64,000 nucleotides of DNA from an uncultured Gammaproteobacteria bacterium (lineage in GTDB: Bacteria > Patescibacteriota > Microgenomatia > UBA8517). The first letter of the stretch is position 1; the number at the start of each line of letters is the position of its first letter. The notes under the pieces were generated by a model that had not been told where the DNA came from, did no database searches, and saw nothing but the letters and a program-made list of their open reading frames with translations. The position numbers were made by a program, and so were the translations under genes. Location: assembly GCA_964494885.1 (NCBI GenBank), contig CAZBTH010000002.1, positions 29,271-93,270 on the forward strand. The letters run 5' to 3'. Shown one piece after another: positions 60,057 through 64,000 of the stretch.

Positions 60057-60964
60057 CGCTTTCTACGGGTTAAAAAGTAAACTATGACTAACACCGCCAA
60101 AATGCCGGACAGAATGGCCCACACTACAATTTTGGGATTATTAGTTACCAGCATAAGAGGACTGATAGATACATCAAAAAGTGGAGGGGATTTTGCATTT
60201 GGATTGTCGACTTTAACGGATAAAGTGGCCATGCCCTCCGCTTTTAATCCATTGGCATAAGCTGTAACAGTAACAGTGTCTGTGGTCGTTTGCCTTATTG
60301 GCATTGTACATGAATAAATCCAGACTTCATTTATATCTAAAAGTTGGTTGCCATTAGTGTCCCCCAATTTTCCTGACATTGCGCTACATTTATCATCAGT
60401 GACTGCTACATCATTTAAAGACACCAAGCCGGGATTATTTACTTTATACGTATATGTTATATCGCTCCCGCCTTCCGGCAAGACCAACGGGTACTCAACT
60501 TTTGTGGTGTTAATTATACTCACAAGAGGTGGCAGATTTTTAGAACCGACCACAACTGTTGAGTAAGCTTTGTGTGTTGCAGTTGTGTTGTTAGCAATAC
60601 CTGTGGCAGTTGCAGTATTTTTAGTTGTACTGGAGATCGTGGTGGTACAGTTAAATCTCCATGTTTCACTATAGTCGAGTTTGGAATTATTGTTATCGTC
60701 CCCTGTTACAAATTTAACAGACCCGCATTTGTCATCGACAACATTTACGTTGCTCAATGGTACCTCCGGGAGAAAATTTTTAACCGCGTAGTTGTAAATT
60801 ACATTACCTCCGCCACTGGGAAGATTTAAAGGTGTCGGCACTGAGGTAATGCCTATCAAGGGAACATACAGCACGCTTTCACTTTCCTGCGCTGAAACAT
60901 CTCTCACTAAAAAAGCAAACTGCGTTAAAAAAGTTAGCAGTACCGCCACAAACTTTATTTTCAT
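60053..60964 (-). CDS. Surface protein with two Ig-like repeats and C-terminal TM
   Basis: Duplicated Y.Y.V.N....L..V.V.DDKC...GD.N.N..LD..E.W...C. Confidence 0.85.
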   Translation of the reverse strand: MKIKFVAVLLTFLTQFAFLVRDVSAQESESVLYVPLIGITSVPTPLNLPSGGGNVIYNYAVKNFLPEVPLSNVNVVDDKCGSVKFVTGDDNNNSKLDYSETWRFNCTTTISSTTKNTATATGIANNTTATHKAYSTVVVGSKNLPPLVSIINTTKVEYPLVLPEGGSDITYTYKVNNPGLVSLNDVAVTDDKCSAMSGKLGDTNGNQLLDINEVWIYSCTMPIRQTTTDTVTVTAYANGLKAEGMATLSVKVDNPNAKSPPLFDVSISPLMLVTNNPKIVVWAILSGILAVLVIVYFLTRRKR

Positions 60965-60968
60965 TGCA

Positions 60969-62225
60969 TCAAGTGCGTTTTAGCTTGAGTAAGAAGAATG
61001 AAAACAGGAAGACTCCTCCTACAAGCGTGTACCACGGAATATTGTTTCTCTGAGAACTAAAACCTGTATTTGGAAGACAAGGGACCAAAGGATTGCCCGT
61101 AGTCGGACATGGCGCACTTGCAGTACCCCCAACAAGTTTAGCCGGCCCATAGCTACCTATCGCGCAATCATTTCTACCGGCAATTTGGAACCACATAGGC
61201 TGGTTTGCAGGTAAATTATTTATTGTAGTCGAAAATCCTGTGACGTTGGTATTGTATAACCAATTCGCGTTTGAAGGACCGTACTGAATATTAAAACTGT
61301 CTACACCCGAGTTGGGACCCCAGCTTAAAAAGATACTTGTGGAGCTTACCCTTCTCGAATCTATTATACTCAGAGCAACCAGTGTACTTGGAAGCGGAGG
61401 GCAGGATATTTCAGCCGGTCCGGCCGCAGAAGTGGTTGTTGTTGATGTGGTTGTGGCAGTTGTAGTTGCAGCTGCGGCACATGACGGGTTATTAACCGTT
61501 GTATTTCTAAAAGTAATTGCGGCCGTTTGAGCCAAGACTCTTCCATTAACAGTCGCTCCACCCGCGGGGAAGTCGACCGACGCTTGCGCCAAGACAGTCC
61601 CTTCAAATGTGGTGGTTCCGTTAAAAGTCGCAGAAGATCCGACTGTCCAAAATACATTACAAGACTGCACTCCTCCGCTTAGAAGTACTCTACTTCCCGT
61701 ATCGGTAATAAGCGTGGATGCCATACGGAATATAAAAATGGAATCTGCATCACCACTAAGTGTGAGGTCTCCTGTCAAATTAGTAGTGTCAGCCGGTACA
61801 TCATAAACACCTTGCGTTAAGGTTTGACCGCCAAGTTGAGCCAAAAGAGTTGTGTCGGCCGATCTCCCGTTGAGATCGGTAACAACTGCCGTCGCGTCCG
61901 TTTGACCTTGCAGTGCAACTGCATTCTGATACTGAATAGTGCCATTATTTATAGTTCCATTTGTCGTAACCCCAGTACAAGGACTGGGGAAACCTGTACA
62001 CGTAGCAGGGCTATCTAACCCCATATCACCATCGTTAAGTACAGTTCCGGCGACATCATTGGTAATTGTAGATTTTGCCAAAGCGGCAAAGTTATCTACA
62101 GTCAGTAACGAAACCGCTGCCGGATTTGAATATGCTTGAGCCTTAGGTATTGGCACAAAAACAAATTGCACAAAGACCATTAGAACTACTGCCAAAATTT
62201 TCTTTATTATATTTAATGTTTTCAT
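60969..62225 (-). CDS. Ice-binding-like (DUF3494) surface protein with FN3-like domain and LPNTG sorting signal
   Basis: FAALA.STITN, LGGQTL..GVY, FIF....TL.T, NVFW.VGSSAT, F.GT.LA, NGRVLAQ. Confidence 0.88.
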   Translation of the reverse strand: MKTLNIIKKILAVVLMVFVQFVFVPIPKAQAYSNPAAVSLLTVDNFAALAKSTITNDVAGTVLNDGDMGLDSPATCTGFPSPCTGVTTNGTINNGTIQYQNAVALQGQTDATAVVTDLNGRSADTTLLAQLGGQTLTQGVYDVPADTTNLTGDLTLSGDADSIFIFRMASTLITDTGSRVLLSGGVQSCNVFWTVGSSATFNGTTTFEGTVLAQASVDFPAGGATVNGRVLAQTAAITFRNTTVNNPSCAAAATTTATTTSTTTTSAAGPAEISCPPLPSTLVALSIIDSRRVSSTSIFLSWGPNSGVDSFNIQYGPSNANWLYNTNVTGFSTTINNLPANQPMWFQIAGRNDCAIGSYGPAKLVGGTASAPCPTTGNPLVPCLPNTGFSSQRNNIPWYTLVGGVFLFSFFLLKLKRT

Positions 62226-62581
62226 TGTAATCTCCCTGAAACAATCTCGACCAGCTGAACTATCCCCCATGCAAGTACGGCATAAACAACCATGGCAACA
62301 AGTGTGGCCGGCTCAAGAACCGCCGTGACTTCTACCCCCGGAGTGGTTGCCTGACGAAATATTCCGACAAAAGGCATAATAAATATTTGTGTTAATGAGT
62401 TTATAAAACTTACAAAGCCGCTTGCGGGGTTTGCTCCGGTCATCTTGAATACAGTGCGGAATACCAATAACACCTCGATTATTCCAAAAAGGAAATAAAT
62501 CAAATATTGAAGAGTCTGCGAACTATCTGCTTGTTCTTCCCCCGCCGATATTGTTGTTTTTCTTGTTATAGTGTCTATCAT
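62222..62581 (-). CDS. YggT-family membrane protein
   Basis: LL.FR...K..GANP...FV.FI...T.....PF.GIF. Confidence 0.75.
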   Translation of the reverse strand: MIDTITRKTTISAGEEQADSSQTLQYLIYFLFGIIEVLLVFRTVFKMTGANPASGFVSFINSLTQIFIMPFVGIFRQATTPGVEVTAVLEPATLVAMVVYAVLAWGIVQLVEIVSGRLQ

Positions 62582-62718
62582 TTAGATGTTACTAAACTGT
62601 AACATATTAATGTTAAAATAAATTTTCACGGGTTGTCAATACCCAATTGCTGGCACTTGACAAAGTTTGGTATCTGCGATGTAATGAAACTAAGTTACTA
62701 ATTTGTAACTATATATAA

Positions 62719-63141
62719 ATGAAGAAAATACTTATTGTCGAAGACGAACCATCTTTCCTTAACCTACTCCACAAAGAGTTAACTTCAAAAGGATATACCG
62801 TTGTTGACGCCAAGGATGGAAAAGAAGGTTACGATACCGCAGTTCTTGTTAAACCGGATCTTATTCTTCTGGACATCCTTATGCCAGGAGTTGACGGCCT
62901 CACCATGCTCGAACTTTTGAGAAAAAGCAAGGAGGGAAAGGACATGAAGGTTATTATTCTCACCAATTTGGAGCTGGACAATAACGTAATGAAACGGGCG
63001 CTGGACGCCAAACCTCTTTATTACTTCGTAAAAAGCGATATCGCCCTTTCCGCCTTAATTGAAAAAATAGATGAAGAGCTAATGGAGCAGGAAGTAAAAG
63101 AACTGGTCGAAGAAGACAACGAACATAAAGGAATCATTTGA
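62719..63141 (+). CDS. Stand-alone response regulator receiver
   Basis: ILIVEDE, PDLILLDILMP.VDG, ILTN. Confidence 0.92.
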   Translation: MKKILIVEDEPSFLNLLHKELTSKGYTVVDAKDGKEGYDTAVLVKPDLILLDILMPGVDGLTMLELLRKSKEGKDMKVIILTNLELDNNVMKRALDAKPLYYFVKSDIALSALIEKIDEELMEQEVKELVEEDNEHKGII

Positions 63142-63392
63142 TACCCGCAATGAATGCTATTATCTGGATCGCAATCGGAATAATCGGAGGTTGGTTAATC
63201 GCAACATTTGTAAAACATTCCACAAGCAATCTTATCGATCTTATTTTTGGCCTTGTTGGCAGTTTAGTCGGCGCCTTTGTTGCCAGCTCACTTATCGGCA
63301 TCCCGTCAACAAGCGTTTTTACTTTTATATCAGCAGCAATTGGGGCCGTAGTTTTTATTTTTCTGGGAAGGCTTCACGGGATTTTTAAGTAG
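63138..63392 (+). CDS. GlsB/YeaQ/YmgE family membrane protein
   Basis: GIIGGWL...GLVGSLVG...AAIGAVV. Confidence 0.8.
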   Translation: MIPAMNAIIWIAIGIIGGWLIATFVKHSTSNLIDLIFGLVGSLVGAFVASSLIGIPSTSVFTFISAAIGAVVFIFLGRLHGIFK

Positions 63393-63452
63393 AGACGAGA
63401 ATTCTTTTTTCTGGTTTTGCAAATATCTTGTTGCCATGTAATAATTAGTGAC

Positions 63453-64000
63453 ATGAAGTTTGTCTTCGTGTCTGGTGGGGTTGTCTCGGGTTTGGGTAAA
63501 GGCATTACCTGTTCTTCAATCGGCGCCATTTTAGAATCTTTCGGAATCAAAGTCACCGTCGTTAAAATTGATATGTATCTCAATGTTGACGCGGGAACAA
63601 TAAGGCCCCAAGAACACGGAGAAGTTTTTGTAACCGAGGATGGATTAGAAACCGATCAGGATTTGGGTAATTATGAGCGCTTTTTGAATCATTCGCTCCA
63701 CAGGGAAAATTATATGACTGCAGGCCAAGTATATAAATCGGTTATTGACCGCGAACGGGCGTTTGGTTATGAAGGCGAAGACGTGGAAGCGATCCCCCAT
63801 GTAACCGATGAGATAACCAACCGAATAAAGGCCGCAGGAAAAATTAACAAGGCTGATGTAGTAATAATTGAACTTGGGGGAACAGTCGGTGAATATCAAA
63901 ATGCCATCTTTTTTGAAGCAAGCAGAATTTTAAAGCTCAGAAAACCCAAAGACGTTCTCCAAATACATGTCACTTACCTCCCCTTCCTTAAAAATATTGG
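63453..64000 (+). CDS. pyrG: CTP synthase (3'-partial; not in ORF track)
   Basis: MKFVFVSGGVVSGLGKGI, KIDMYLNVDAGT, HGEVFVT.DG.ETD.DLG.YERF, IELGGTVG. Confidence 0.96.
   Translation, partial: MKFVFVSGGVVSGLGKGITCSSIGAILESFGIKVTVVKIDMYLNVDAGTIRPQEHGEVFVTEDGLETDQDLGNYERFLNHSLHRENYMTAGQVYKSVIDRERAFGYEGEDVEAIPHVTDEITNRIKAAGKINKADVVIIELGGTVGEYQNAIFFEASRILKLRKPKDVLQIHVTYLPFLKNI

Noticed and set aside
63645-63899. 84-aa minus-strand ORF and other short antisense ORFs in the track
   Set aside because: Shadow ORFs of well-supported genes (here pyrG)
1-64000. CRISPR array, retron or DGR
   Set aside because: No regularly spaced repeats, cas genes or reverse transcriptase seen

Overview
Low-GC bacterial chromosome segment. 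Gene content and style suggest Patescibacteria/CPR, Microgenomates-like (inference): short prfA, compact hisS, sortases, many leaderless-looking starts. Housekeeping genes include gyrA, metK, a Xer-type recombinase, yebC, dnaB, hisS, rpmE, prfA, rpsF-ssb-rpsR, ychF, partial pyrG and tRNA-Leu(CAA). Two surface-biogenesis clusters flank the window: glycosyltransferases/glycoside hydrolase/sortase on the left, and an ice-binding-domain protein with class F sortases on the right. Main highlights: (1) a 6.76-kb integrative element inserted in codon 6 of ychF. Its attachment site lies inside its own large serine recombinase gene, so recombination swaps the integrase C-terminal tail (13 aa integrated vs 45 aa excised) and replaces the ychF N-terminus. 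(2) Two paralogous TrpR/YerC-like genes, each bracketed by its own pair of 28-bp dif-like palindromes. (3) A T-box leader whose bulge matches tRNA-His, upstream of an ATP-grasp/M20 peptidase/hisS/EamA operon and preceded by a large unassigned structured ncRNA candidate. (4) A P4-less SAM-I riboswitch, a duplicated metK 3' end, and REP-like palindromes read in frame inside conserved genes. No database searches or folding programs were run; family calls come from visual motif recognition.
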